DNA from: Elusimicrobiales bacterium
GTDB taxonomy: Bacteria > Elusimicrobiota > Elusimicrobia > Elusimicrobiales > UBA9959
Reading direction: 5' to 3'
DNA length: 64,000 nucleotides
Assembly: GCA_024681855.1 (NCBI GenBank)
Contig: JAILAB010000020.1
Location: 16,864 to 80,863 of the forward strand
The translations under genes and the position numbers were made by a program. A model generated the notes under the pieces. The model did no database searches and was not told the origin of the DNA. It saw only the letters and a list, made by a program, of their open reading frames with translations. Shown here one piece after another: positions 36,827 to 45,902 of this stretch; position 1 is the stretch's first letter; every line of letters starts with the position of its first letter.

Positions 36827-37528
36827 TTATTTCTTTTCCTCGCTTATTTCAAGCAATGCTGCTGCGGTCCATGGCATTTTCTTGCGGAAAATTTCTTTTA
36901 TGACATTTGCATAACAGCGTATTTCATATTGGGCATGAGAGTCCGAGCGCAGGTTTATATAATTAAGCAGGCTGCGGGCATTTATGGTCCAGTGGAACTG
37001 CGTGTACTGTGATACTGGCAGTACCGCGCGTGCCATTTCTCTGGCAACGCCTGCTTCTAGCAGTTTTTTATATGCCGAATAGGAAGCGTTAATGCTTTCT
37101 TTGTATATTTTAAGCAGCATTTCCTGATCTAAATCTTTTGTCTCTATTGAGCCTTGCCTGTTTACCAGATCTTGAATGCGGAATGCTTCAGGTATGTAGA
37201 ATTCTTCTTTGACTTCGGTGTATCTTGCTGAAATTTCATTATAAGAAGCAATGCGATGCCTCATCCACTGGCGCGCCACAAAGAGCGGGCATTTTATATG
37301 AAACTGAAAAACCGTGTGCTCAAAAGGGCTCAGATGCCCGTTTTTAAGAAGATATTTTATCAGTTTCCTGTCTCTCTCCTCGCCTTTGGAGCTGCCTCCG
37401 AAAGAGACTCGCGCAGAATCTGTGGCGCGCTGGTCTCCTCCCATGAAATCCACGAGCTTAACAAACCCCTTGTCTAATACGGGGAAAGAGATAATGTCTT
37501 TTCTTTCGTTTTCCTGCATTTCAAACAT
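36827..37528 (-). CDS. thyX: FAD-dependent thymidylate synthase
   Basis: ThyX signature RHRIASYNEISARY (RHRxxSxxxxSxRY). Confidence 0.92.
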   Translation of the reverse strand: MFEMQENERKDIISFPVLDKGFVKLVDFMGGDQRATDSARVSFGGSSKGEERDRKLIKYLLKNGHLSPFEHTVFQFHIKCPLFVARQWMRHRIASYNEISARYTEVKEEFYIPEAFRIQDLVNRQGSIETKDLDQEMLLKIYKESINASYSAYKKLLEAGVAREMARAVLPVSQYTQFHWTINARSLLNYINLRSDSHAQYEIRCYANVIKEIFRKKMPWTAAALLEISEEKK

Positions 37529-37639
37529 ACGGCTTATAAAATTCCGCTCCTCAAAGCAAAGGCAAATGCCATTTATTATTTATTCTAACATTTTAAGAAA
37601 TGTAGATAAATAAACATTAAAATTATATACTTTCTAAGT

Positions 37640-38113
37640 ATGGAAGAGCAAAAAGACAATAAGAAACAGAATAAGATGATGTCGGCCTTAAGCAGGGAGA
37701 GCTTAGTGTCAAAAGGCAGGGAACTGGCTTCCCGCGGAGATTTGCCTGCGCTGGAGGAAATAATGAAAATACTCCTTTCGCCGCAAGGCTGCCCCTGGGA
37801 CAGAAAGCAGACGCATGAGACTCTTATGAAATATATGCGTGAAGAAACAGAAGAGGCCGCGCATGCTGTTGAAAAAAAAGATTGGGAAAATCTTAAGGAA
37901 GAACTTGGGGACTGCCTGCTGCAAATTGCTTTCCATTGTGAAATGGCCCGTCTAGAGGGGCATTTCACAATGGAAGACGTCATCAGGGGAATAAATGCAA
38001 AGATGGTTCGCCGCCATCCGCATATTTTCGGCAATGCTGAAGCTAAAGACCCGGAAGCCGTGCTGAATCTCTGGGCGGAAATAAAGAAAAAAGAAAAGGA
38101 AAATAATAAGTGA
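37640..38113 (+). CDS. mazG: MazG-family nucleoside triphosphate pyrophosphohydrolase
   Basis: CPWDRKQTHETLMKYMREETEEAAHAVE and EELGDCLLQIAFH (the EExxE/D metal motifs of MazG). Confidence 0.8.
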   Translation: MEEQKDNKKQNKMMSALSRESLVSKGRELASRGDLPALEEIMKILLSPQGCPWDRKQTHETLMKYMREETEEAAHAVEKKDWENLKEELGDCLLQIAFHCEMARLEGHFTMEDVIRGINAKMVRRHPHIFGNAEAKDPEAVLNLWAEIKKKEKENNK

Positions 38114-39618
38114 ACTCTAAAGACCTGGCCAGGCTTATTTACCCGGAGTTCCGCTTTGGCAAAACGTCCATTGAGCAGGGTCTGGAACTGGTAAGGGCCG
38201 GGGTTGGCGGATTCTGCTTTTACGGCGGCACTGCGGAAGAGGTCCGCCATGCGGCAAAAACGCTTAAAGATGCCGCAGACCACCCTCTTTTAATCGCCGC
38301 AGATTACGAGGAGGGCGTCGGGCGGCGCGTGCAGGGCATGACAGAGCTGCCGTCCAATATGGCGGTAGGTGCTGTCGCAGGCATAGAGGAGGCGGAAAAT
38401 TTCGCCTACAACAAGGGCCTTGTCACCGCACAGGAAACTGTCTCCCTCGGCGCAGACTGGGTATTTGCCCCTGTGCTGGATTTGGCCGTGAATGCGGATA
38501 ATCCCATAGTAAGCCTGCGCTCATTCGGTTCAGACCCGGAAAGGGTGTCCAGGCTGGCAGAAGCATACTGCAAAGGCCTTACAGACGGCGGAGCGTTAAA
38601 TTCATTAAAGCATTTCCCCGGACATGGGCGCACAAACACGGATTCACACCTTGCGCTGCCTGAACTTGACGCAGATGAGGAACTGATACGGGAAACTGAT
38701 ATGTACCCGTTCATTAATGTCCTGCCGTACGCCGACAGCATAATGGCCGGACATCTGCTGGCAAAGCCGCTTGATGCTGATTATCCGGCTTCGCTGTCAA
38801 AAAAAGTTATTACAGGCATAATCCGCAGGGAAATGGGCTTTGACAAAACAGTAATCACGGATGCCCTCAATATGCACGCTCTTAACAGATGGGGCGAACC
38901 AGGCATAATGGCTCTTGACGCCGGGGCGGACATTCTTCTTTATCCGGCAGACCCTTTCACACTTATAAATGCCCTTGAGAAAGGATTGAAAGACGGCGTT
39001 ATAACGGAAGAACGCATAAGCGGGGCCCTGCAAAGGCAGAAGCAGCTGATAGAACATTCCGGAAAAATAAAGCAGGCCGCAAAAAACACTCGCAGAAGCA
39101 ATTGCTTAATTCCCGCCGGGGAGTTTAATGCAAGGATTGCTGCACAAAGTGTTGCAGTGACAAGCGGCCTGGATCATCTTTCCAGAGGTTCCTGTGCCGC
39201 ATATGTTGAGCCGGGCAGAACATGGGAAAATCGCGAAGGCCGCGCGTTCACCAGCGCATTAGAGAATTGCGGCATAAGATTAGTGCCGTATGAAAAGGTA
39301 AAATCCGGAGAACTGCGGGAAATTGACAGCGGGGCAATAGAATACCTTGTTGCCGCCGCTTTCACAGGCCCGCAGGCATTCAGCGGAAAGATAAACCTCT
39401 CCACGGAACAGAAAGCGGAGCTGGCAGAGGCATTCCCTGAATTCAAACGTGTTTACATGGTCTCATTCGGCAGTCCTTTTGCACTGCAAGGCATAGAGCC
39501 TGCACCGCAAGTCTCCGTATGCGCCTATGGCAAGCTGCCACAGTTCCAGCAGCAGGCTGCCGCCATAATAACCGGCAAAGCCAGGCCAGGAGGCATCGAC
39601 CCGACATTTTTAAAGTGA
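38110..39618 (+). CDS. nagZ: glycoside hydrolase family 3 beta-N-acetylhexosaminidase (NagZ-like) with an extra C-terminal domain
   Basis: GTG start overlapping the mazG stop. LIAADYEEG, SFGSDP, KHFPGHGRTNTDSH, VITDAL. No signal peptide. Confidence 0.75.
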   Translation: MNSKDLARLIYPEFRFGKTSIEQGLELVRAGVGGFCFYGGTAEEVRHAAKTLKDAADHPLLIAADYEEGVGRRVQGMTELPSNMAVGAVAGIEEAENFAYNKGLVTAQETVSLGADWVFAPVLDLAVNADNPIVSLRSFGSDPERVSRLAEAYCKGLTDGGALNSLKHFPGHGRTNTDSHLALPELDADEELIRETDMYPFINVLPYADSIMAGHLLAKPLDADYPASLSKKVITGIIRREMGFDKTVITDALNMHALNRWGEPGIMALDAGADILLYPADPFTLINALEKGLKDGVITEERISGALQRQKQLIEHSGKIKQAAKNTRRSNCLIPAGEFNARIAAQSVAVTSGLDHLSRGSCAAYVEPGRTWENREGRAFTSALENCGIRLVPYEKVKSGELREIDSGAIEYLVAAAFTGPQAFSGKINLSTEQKAELAEAFPEFKRVYMVSFGSPFALQGIEPAPQVSVCAYGKLPQFQQQAAAIITGKARPGGIDPTFLK

Positions 39619-39667
39619 GGAATTTTCAGTTTCATCTGTCTGGCAGCATTTAATAAAGATAACTTTT

Positions 39668-40939
39668 ATGAAGACAATAACAATAATCCTATCCGCTTTT
39701 TTTATGTTTTCTGCTGCGTTTGCTGTATATGGGGCAGAAAGCAGTACAGCCGTCAATGAAAAACAAAAAGAAAATCAAGAGGGTAAAATTATGGAAATGG
39801 CAATGAGAGCAAATGAAATTGCTTTCAGCTTTTATAAGCAGAAAGCTGCAGGGAAAGAGGAAAATTTCTTTTTCTCTCCGTATAGCATGAGGTCTGCTTT
39901 TGCCATGGCCCGTGAAGGCGCAAAAGGAAAAACGGCAGAAGAAATGGATAAGGTTTTTTTCTTTCCGTCTGAAAATGCGGAAATGCGGCTTGAAATGCAG
40001 TCAATGGCAGAAGCCGCAGCGCAGGCTGCAGAAGGTTCTGAATTTTCCGATGCAAATTCATTTTGGGCGCATAATAATTACACATTTCTGCCTGAATATG
40101 TTTCTGCCCTGAAAAAACATTATAATGCCGCAGCTGAAAATGCTGATTTCGTAATGGATGCTGAAGGCGCAAGGAAAAAGATAAATTCCTGGGCTTCTGA
40201 TAAAACAAACGGCATAATAAAGGAACTTCTTGCCAAAGGCTCTGTAGACCCTCTTACAAGGCTTGTTCTGGTCAATGCTGTTTATTTCAAGGGAACATGG
40301 CAGAAGGCTTTTGATAAAAAAAATACGTCCAAGGAAAATTTTACCCTTAATTCAGGAAAGAAAGTTAAAACAATGTTTATGCAGCACAGGAAAGCTGTCC
40401 GCCTGCAATATGCAGAGACAGAGGAGGGACAGTTTCTGGCCATGCCTTACAGGAAAGGAGAAGATTTGTCAGGCGGCTGGCTGGAAATGATGATAATACT
40501 GCCGAAAGATAAAGAGGCCTTCGCAGATATTGAAAACAATATTTCTTCGGAATACATAAACGAAATGAGAAGGAAAATGACAAGAACTGAAGTAGAGCTT
40601 TATCTGCCCAGGTTCAAATTTGCGGTTTCGCATGAGCTTGATTCCAGCCTTAAATCAATGGGAATGCCGCTTGCCTTTTCAGATAATGCAGATTTTTCAG
40701 GCATGACCGGCAATAATGATTTAAAAATAGGATATGCCATACAGAAAGCATTTATAGATGTTTCCGAAGAAGGCACGGAAGCGGCAGCCGCTACCGCTGT
40801 TGTAATGGCGTTCAGATCAGCAGCTGTGAGGCAGCGGCCGGAAGTTTTCCGCGCGGACAAACCGTTCATATTCCTTATCAGGGATGCAAAAACAGGATTG
40901 ATATTTTTTATGGGCAAATTGGAAAAACCGACGGCATAG
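39668..40939 (+). CDS. serpin (inhibitory type, predicted P1 Arg), with signal peptide
   Basis: 423 aa with MKTITIILSAFFMFSAAFAVYGA. Serpin blocks NFFFSPYSMRSAFAM, INSWASDKTNGIIKELL, LVLVNAVYFKGTWQ. Hinge/RCL is EEGTEAAAATAVVMAFR|SAAV, followed by FRADKPFIFLIRD. Confidence 0.9.
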   Translation: MKTITIILSAFFMFSAAFAVYGAESSTAVNEKQKENQEGKIMEMAMRANEIAFSFYKQKAAGKEENFFFSPYSMRSAFAMAREGAKGKTAEEMDKVFFFPSENAEMRLEMQSMAEAAAQAAEGSEFSDANSFWAHNNYTFLPEYVSALKKHYNAAAENADFVMDAEGARKKINSWASDKTNGIIKELLAKGSVDPLTRLVLVNAVYFKGTWQKAFDKKNTSKENFTLNSGKKVKTMFMQHRKAVRLQYAETEEGQFLAMPYRKGEDLSGGWLEMMIILPKDKEAFADIENNISSEYINEMRRKMTRTEVELYLPRFKFAVSHELDSSLKSMGMPLAFSDNADFSGMTGNNDLKIGYAIQKAFIDVSEEGTEAAAATAVVMAFRSAAVRQRPEVFRADKPFIFLIRDAKTGLIFFMGKLEKPTA

Positions 40940-40978
40940 CAAAATCAGGAAAACGCAGAAATCTGGGAGCATATCATT

Positions 40979-42490
40979 ATGGAAACATTGTCATCAGTGC
41001 AGAAAATAACCGGCCTGGGCGGCTGGGATTATTTGATACTTGCGGCATCCTTGCTTTTCCTGGCCTTTGTTGCCTGGTACAAGGGCAAGGACGAGGAGGA
41101 CACGCACGACTACTTCCTCGGAAAACGCAAGACACCGGTATGGGTAGGCACATTGTCATTCGTAGCCACGGAAATAAGCGCCATGACCATAGTGGGAATA
41201 CCACCTGTAGGATTCACTGAAAATCTGCAGTATATGCAGTTTTTTATAGGTTCTGCCATAGCTAGGGTTATAATTGCTTTTCTGTTTATACCAGCATTTT
41301 ATAAGTTCAGCTGTACTACAATTTATGAATTTCTAAAACACCGTTTCGGAGTTGAGACTCAGTATTGCGGCTCAATTTTCTTTTTCATAACCAGACTGTT
41401 CGCTTCCGGAGTAAGGCTTTATGCCGCAGCGCTGGCAGTTTCGGTAATAATGGGCTGGCCATTAATGGCTACGCTGGCCGGATTTACTGTGGCAGCCATT
41501 CTCTTTATAGGCTTTGGGGGAATAAAGGCTGTGCTTTGGACAGGCACTTTTGAAACTGTTATGTTTTATGCCGCAGGCTTTGGAGTATGCGCATATATAC
41601 TGTGCAATGTTGACGGCGGAATATCCGGGGCTTATTCCGTTGCCCATGAAGCAGGCAAGCTTTCAATGTTTAATTTCGCCTGGGATCCGGCAAATCCCAA
41701 TGTGTTCTGGAGCGCGATTCTGAATGGCATTTTCGGCTCAATGGCTTCTTTTGGCACTGATCAGGAAATGATGCAGCGCCTCCTTACGCTTGAAACGCGT
41801 AAGGAAAGCCAGAAAACGCTAATACTTACCATTGCGGCCAGCGTGCCTCTTACGGCTCTGTATCTGCTTGTAGGAACGCTTCTCTATGTTTTCTATCAGC
41901 AGAATCCCGGGCTGCCGCAGCCTGATAATGCTGATAAGATTTTGTCGCATTTCACTATATATGTTCTCCCTGCGGGGCTGAAAGGACTTGTTCTTTCAGC
42001 CATTGTGCTTGCCAGCATAGATTCTCCGCTAAGCTCCCTTTCCTCTTCGTTTATAACTGATATTTATCGCCCTATAATAAAGAAAAATGCTGATGAAAAG
42101 CATTATTTGCTGGCATCCCGCATAAGCGTTTTGTCTTTTGGCATTCTGCTGGCGGTTATAGCATGGCTTTGTGCATCCGGTTCCGGAAGGATGTTTTGGC
42201 TTGCCTTTAAGATCAATGGCGTTACAGCAGGTTCCCTGCTTGGAGTTTTCCTATTTGGCCTGCTTACAAAAATGCGCGGCAATAAACTGAATGTGGCTTC
42301 AATGCTTATAAGCGCCTTGTCTTCCGCTATAATACTTTGGCTTTCCGAAAAAGGCATAGCTAAGCTGGGCTGGAGCTGGATAATTGTTATAGGAACGGCA
42401 ATAACTTTCTCCCTTTCGTGCCTGTTTTCATGGGGCGCATCAAAAATTAAAACAGCATCAGCGCAGTCTGGCAAAAATTATCAGGGATAA
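40979..42490 (+). CDS. sodium:solute symporter family transporter
   Basis: 503 aa with about 13 TM segments. The N-terminal YFLGKRKTPVWVGTLSFVATEISAMTIVG is typical of SSF (PutP/PanF/SGLT-like) carriers. Confidence 0.8.
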   Translation: METLSSVQKITGLGGWDYLILAASLLFLAFVAWYKGKDEEDTHDYFLGKRKTPVWVGTLSFVATEISAMTIVGIPPVGFTENLQYMQFFIGSAIARVIIAFLFIPAFYKFSCTTIYEFLKHRFGVETQYCGSIFFFITRLFASGVRLYAAALAVSVIMGWPLMATLAGFTVAAILFIGFGGIKAVLWTGTFETVMFYAAGFGVCAYILCNVDGGISGAYSVAHEAGKLSMFNFAWDPANPNVFWSAILNGIFGSMASFGTDQEMMQRLLTLETRKESQKTLILTIAASVPLTALYLLVGTLLYVFYQQNPGLPQPDNADKILSHFTIYVLPAGLKGLVLSAIVLASIDSPLSSLSSSFITDIYRPIIKKNADEKHYLLASRISVLSFGILLAVIAWLCASGSGRMFWLAFKINGVTAGSLLGVFLFGLLTKMRGNKLNVASMLISALSSAIILWLSEKGIAKLGWSWIIVIGTAITFSLSCLFSWGASKIKTASAQSGKNYQG

Positions 42491-42573
42491 AGCCGGCATT
42501 GACAAAAAGAGCAGTAAAGAGTAAACTTATTTAAGGATACGCTTTATAAAAATATTTTATATTGGAGGCAATC

Positions 42574-42960
42574 ATGGCAGAAAATTCTTCTGGGGAAATA
42601 GTAGGAACTTTCTTGGCAGGCACTATAATCGGCGGCATAGTTGCTCTGCTTCTTGCTCCTTCTTCCGGCAAACAGACTCGTGAAAAATTAGGCGACTGGA
42701 TGTCTGAAGGCAAAGACAAGGCACAGCAGAAAATTGATGAGCTTGAAGAAGAAATAAGACGGCGCAAAGAAGAGCTGCTTAAAGAGATTAAGCGTCAGGA
42801 AGCAGAATGGCGCGCAAAGAGAGAAGGCAGCAAAGTTTCAGCTGAAGAAGCCGAAGTTAAAGAAGAAAAAACTGACTGTTGCGGAGAAAACTGTAAAGAA
42901 GAAAAAGCTGACTGGTACTCATACGAGGACCCTGCCGCAAAAGAAACTCCTAAGGAATAG
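42574..42960 (+). CDS. YtxH-domain protein
   Basis: ATG at 42574 after GGAGG. GTFLAGTIIGGIVALLLAPSSGKQTREKL is the YtxH motif. The rest is a charged helix, with Cys-containing CCGENCKEEK near the end. Confidence 0.7.
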   Translation: MAENSSGEIVGTFLAGTIIGGIVALLLAPSSGKQTREKLGDWMSEGKDKAQQKIDELEEEIRRRKEELLKEIKRQEAEWRAKREGSKVSAEEAEVKEEKTDCCGENCKEEKADWYSYEDPAAKETPKE

Positions 42961-43000
42961 TTTCTTGCTTATTAGCCCGTTTCTTAAGAGAATATAAGGA

Positions 43001-43036
43001 AATAGCTGGCATGCCTTCATAGTCATGCCAGCTATT
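43001..43036. other. 13-bp perfect stem hairpin without a T-tract
   Basis: aatagctggcatg-(10 nt)-catgccagctatt, read directly, 40 nt after the ytxH-like stop. Lacks the U-run of a canonical intrinsic terminator. Confidence 0.35.
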
Positions 43037-43123
43037 AAAGCTAATGTTTTGCTTAATAAAGGGCCTCTTATTTATCTATATTCCCTGCTAGTCCCAGAGA
43101 CGATAATTATATAAAATACTATT

Positions 43124-44431
43124 ATGAAAAAAATCATTTTATTTTTTGTTTCAATGTTCTGTTTTTTTCAGCTTTCCTATGCCGGAAGCTATGAAAGCAT
43201 CGCATCGTCATTAGTGAATTCGGGAGCGGGGCTTAAAGGCGAGAAGCTTGTAATTATTCCTTTCAAGACTGGTTCTGGTCTTCCAGGATATGCGGGGGAA
43301 TCTGCTGCCCATAAGCTTCAGATAAAGCTTACCCAGGAAATTTATTATGATGTGATTACAAAGCCGGAATTTGAAAAAGCTGATGCCTGGCTGAAGGAGA
43401 ATGGGGATTCTAACAAAAATTATGCCTTGCAGCTAATGGAAAGGCTTAATGCCAAGCTTGCTGTCACTGGAGAAATTAACAGAAAGAGCGATTCTGCCGC
43501 CGAATTGAAGGTCAGGCTAATAAACCCTTTTGATAAAAAGACTATTTCAACAATTTCAGATGAAATTCCAAATGAATGGGCTTCCATTGCCTCTTCTGGC
43601 GGAGCGGAGCATGTTCCTGCCCAAGAACAGAATATGGTGCCTGCTCCTGCCGCTGGATATAGTTTTGCTTCAACTGAAAATGCCTCTGCCGGTTCTGCCA
43701 GTCAATCATATTCCTCATCTTCAGCTTATGATTATGGACGGGATTTAAACAAAAAGCGCTCTGACTATGCTTTCTTTGATATATTTTACGGTCTTTCAAA
43801 TTCCCAAAATCTAAGTATGGAATTCAAGCCTCAAAGCGGATATCTTTACGTTAAGGATTTTATAGACAGAGATACTTATGCTTCCAGTTTTGAGCTTAAT
43901 GACCTGGAGACTGATTCAAAAGGCCCAATAGGATTCCGATTTGGAATGTTCCAGGATGTCGTGGGATTTGACTTGGGATTCAGATATGCCAGTTATGAGA
44001 CAAAAGCTCAAAACGGCGAAACAAATCTTGTGAATTATTCTAAAGCCCCGTTGCCAAAAAAATATGCCATGGTTGATGTTTATGAAATGAATGGCGACTT
44101 GCTGTTCCGCTTTGTTAATTCCTCCTTTGCTGATATATACGCAGGCATTGGCCTTGGCATGAATCTTACCCATGTAGAGCTGCCTTATGTGAAAGGATAT
44201 ACAGGATTTTCAGTTAAACAGCCCCCGGTTAAGGAAACAGGCTTTGGAATGTCTTTCCGCATACCGGTAGGCGCGCGATGGAAACTTTCTGATTCAGTGC
44301 ATCTGCTTACCGAAGCATCTTTTGAAGCTTCTATGACCATGGGCGGATTTAGCAGAAATATAGTGGATGAGGATGACACCTATTATCTTTGGGGTTTCCA
44401 GACCATAGCCGGCATAGGCTTTGTGTTCTGA
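43124..44431 (+). CDS. outer-membrane protein, paralog 1: N-terminal periplasmic alpha/beta-like module plus a C-terminal beta-barrel-like domain
   Basis: 435 aa. Signal peptide MKKIILFFVSMFCFFQLSYA|GSYES. The C-terminal half alternates hydrophobic and polar residues and ends AGIGFVF (terminal Phe). Confidence 0.65.
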   Translation: MKKIILFFVSMFCFFQLSYAGSYESIASSLVNSGAGLKGEKLVIIPFKTGSGLPGYAGESAAHKLQIKLTQEIYYDVITKPEFEKADAWLKENGDSNKNYALQLMERLNAKLAVTGEINRKSDSAAELKVRLINPFDKKTISTISDEIPNEWASIASSGGAEHVPAQEQNMVPAPAAGYSFASTENASAGSASQSYSSSSAYDYGRDLNKKRSDYAFFDIFYGLSNSQNLSMEFKPQSGYLYVKDFIDRDTYASSFELNDLETDSKGPIGFRFGMFQDVVGFDLGFRYASYETKAQNGETNLVNYSKAPLPKKYAMVDVYEMNGDLLFRFVNSSFADIYAGIGLGMNLTHVELPYVKGYTGFSVKQPPVKETGFGMSFRIPVGARWKLSDSVHLLTEASFEASMTMGGFSRNIVDEDDTYYLWGFQTIAGIGFVF

Positions 44432-44452
44432 GAAAAAAATCTGATTCAGATA

Positions 44453-44484
44453 AAAGAGGCCGTTTTGTGCGGCCTCTTTTATTG
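44453..44484 (+). terminator. rho-independent terminator
   Basis: aaagaggccg-ttttgtg-cggcctcttt followed by tattg. Confidence 0.75.
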
Positions 44485-44572
44485 GGACAGGCATGGATAA
44501 CAGATGAATATTTTATCTAAAAAATAAAGCGGAGAATTAAAGATTTATACAAATAAATTTATAATGCGTAAA

Positions 44573-44582
44573 TTTTTTTTTT
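44573..44582 (+). repeat. T10 homopolymer tract in the signal-peptide codons of OMP paralog 2
   Basis: Counted directly: ATG CGT AAA (44564-44572), then ten T (44573-44582). It is the longest homopolymer I noticed by eye in the window. Confidence 0.9.
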
Positions 44583-44612
44583 ATTTTCATTTTATTTCTG
44601 CCAACTGCAGCA

Positions 44613-45902
44613 ATGGCAGGCAGCTATGAATCTCTAGCTTCAAAGTTAGCTGCGGCTGGTCAAGAGCTTAAGGGGGCCCGGCTTGCAATAATACCGTTTG
44701 ATGTGCCTGAAGGCCTGCCAGAAGTTTCCGGGGCGGAAGCAGCCCATAAGCTGCATATTGCGCTGTCAAAAAATGCTTATTATGAAATTGTCAGTGAAGA
44801 TGAATTGCGTTCCGAAGAAATATGGCTGAAAGAAAACCGGGATTCTGAAAAAAATTATGCGTTGCAGCTCATGGAGCGGCTTAATGCCAGCCTTGCCATA
44901 ACTGGCAAAATTATTGCATTGAAAAACGGAAATGCTGAAATAAAGGCAAATCTTATAAATACGAGCGAAAGGAAAATTATCGCTTCAATTCTTGAGGAAA
45001 TTCCTTTCAGTGACTGCGACAATAAAGAGAAAAGGGAAGGATTAGCTGGAATTTTGGAAGAAACAGCCGGAGATTCTCTATTCTTGCCTGCGGCATCTGA
45101 ACAGAATAAAAATGGCAGCGAAGCTGCTAAATTATGCGCAGGAACCGCCGATAGTTCTGCGGATACAGGCAGCGTATGTTTGTTTGAGGATGCAGATAAA
45201 GCAAATAAAAATACATTGAACTATTCCTTTTTTGAAATATATTATGGACTGGCAAATCAAAGTTCATTGAATATGTCTTTTTCCAGTGATATGGGGCAAA
45301 TAAACTTAGGGGATTTTAATCTCGGTCTGAGCGGATATGCAAGCAAATTTGAGTTTCGGGGATTAGAAACTTCAGCCGTTGGCCCTATTGGTTTTCGCAC
45401 GGGCTTCTTTGAAGATAAATATGGCTTAGACATTGGCATAAGGTATGCTAAATATCAGACTAAGGCTCAGCATGCCAAGCATGTCGGCTCTAATTTAGAG
45501 AATTATCCTTCCCTGCGGCTTCCTGCAGGATATGCGCAAATTTCCATAGTTGAGTTAAGTTTTGATTTGCTTTACCGTTTTATTAAGTCTTCTTTTATTG
45601 ATGCTTATGCGGGCTTAGGGTTTGGAATGAGCATGACTTATGTTGATCTTCCTCATGTAAAGGGGTATGAGCACATGTATTATAATAAGACTATAGATAA
45701 AAAGGATGAATACGACGGGGTAACTTTCAGGCTTCCCGTTGGCGCAAGGTGGAAAATAAGCAATTCGGTTCATGTTTTTGCGGAATCTTCCGTTGAGGCT
45801 TTAATCATTCGTGAGGATTTTGACTGGGATGCCTCTGGGGGAGAGAATTGCTATAAAATTTATTCGTTCAATACTGTTGCTGGAATTAGCTTCATATTGT
45901 AA
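44613..45902 (+). CDS. outer-membrane protein, paralog 2 (as assembled it lacks a signal peptide; upstream ATG 44564 is out of frame by +1)
   Basis: 429-aa ORF beginning MAGSYESLASKL..., which aligns with the mature N-terminus of paralog 1. Shared blocks include KNYALQLMERLNA, GPIGFR, RYAxYxTKAQ, PVGARWK and AGI(G/S)F(V/I). See the finding on the T10 tract. Confidence 0.65.
   Translation: MAGSYESLASKLAAAGQELKGARLAIIPFDVPEGLPEVSGAEAAHKLHIALSKNAYYEIVSEDELRSEEIWLKENRDSEKNYALQLMERLNASLAITGKIIALKNGNAEIKANLINTSERKIIASILEEIPFSDCDNKEKREGLAGILEETAGDSLFLPAASEQNKNGSEAAKLCAGTADSSADTGSVCLFEDADKANKNTLNYSFFEIYYGLANQSSLNMSFSSDMGQINLGDFNLGLSGYASKFEFRGLETSAVGPIGFRTGFFEDKYGLDIGIRYAKYQTKAQHAKHVGSNLENYPSLRLPAGYAQISIVELSFDLLYRFIKSSFIDAYAGLGFGMSMTYVDLPHVKGYEHMYYNKTIDKKDEYDGVTFRLPVGARWKISNSVHVFAESSVEALIIREDFDWDASGGENCYKIYSFNTVAGISFIL

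Noticed and set aside
37585-38283. 232-aa ORF on the minus strand spanning the thyX-mazG intergenic region, all of mazG and the start of nagZ
   Set aside because: It is antisense to two genes with clear family motifs. Its translation is S/F/A-rich low-complexity sequence with no recognisable domain and no RBS. It is a typical shadow ORF.
38110-39618. nagZ looks more GC-rich than its neighbours (individual 60-nt lines counted at 52-65% GC, against about 35% in the OMP-paralog locus), which could suggest horizontal acquisition
   Set aside because: Spot counts in glmS also reached 58%, so GC is heterogeneous among core genes too. Without a sliding-window GC and codon-usage calculation I cannot support an HGT claim.
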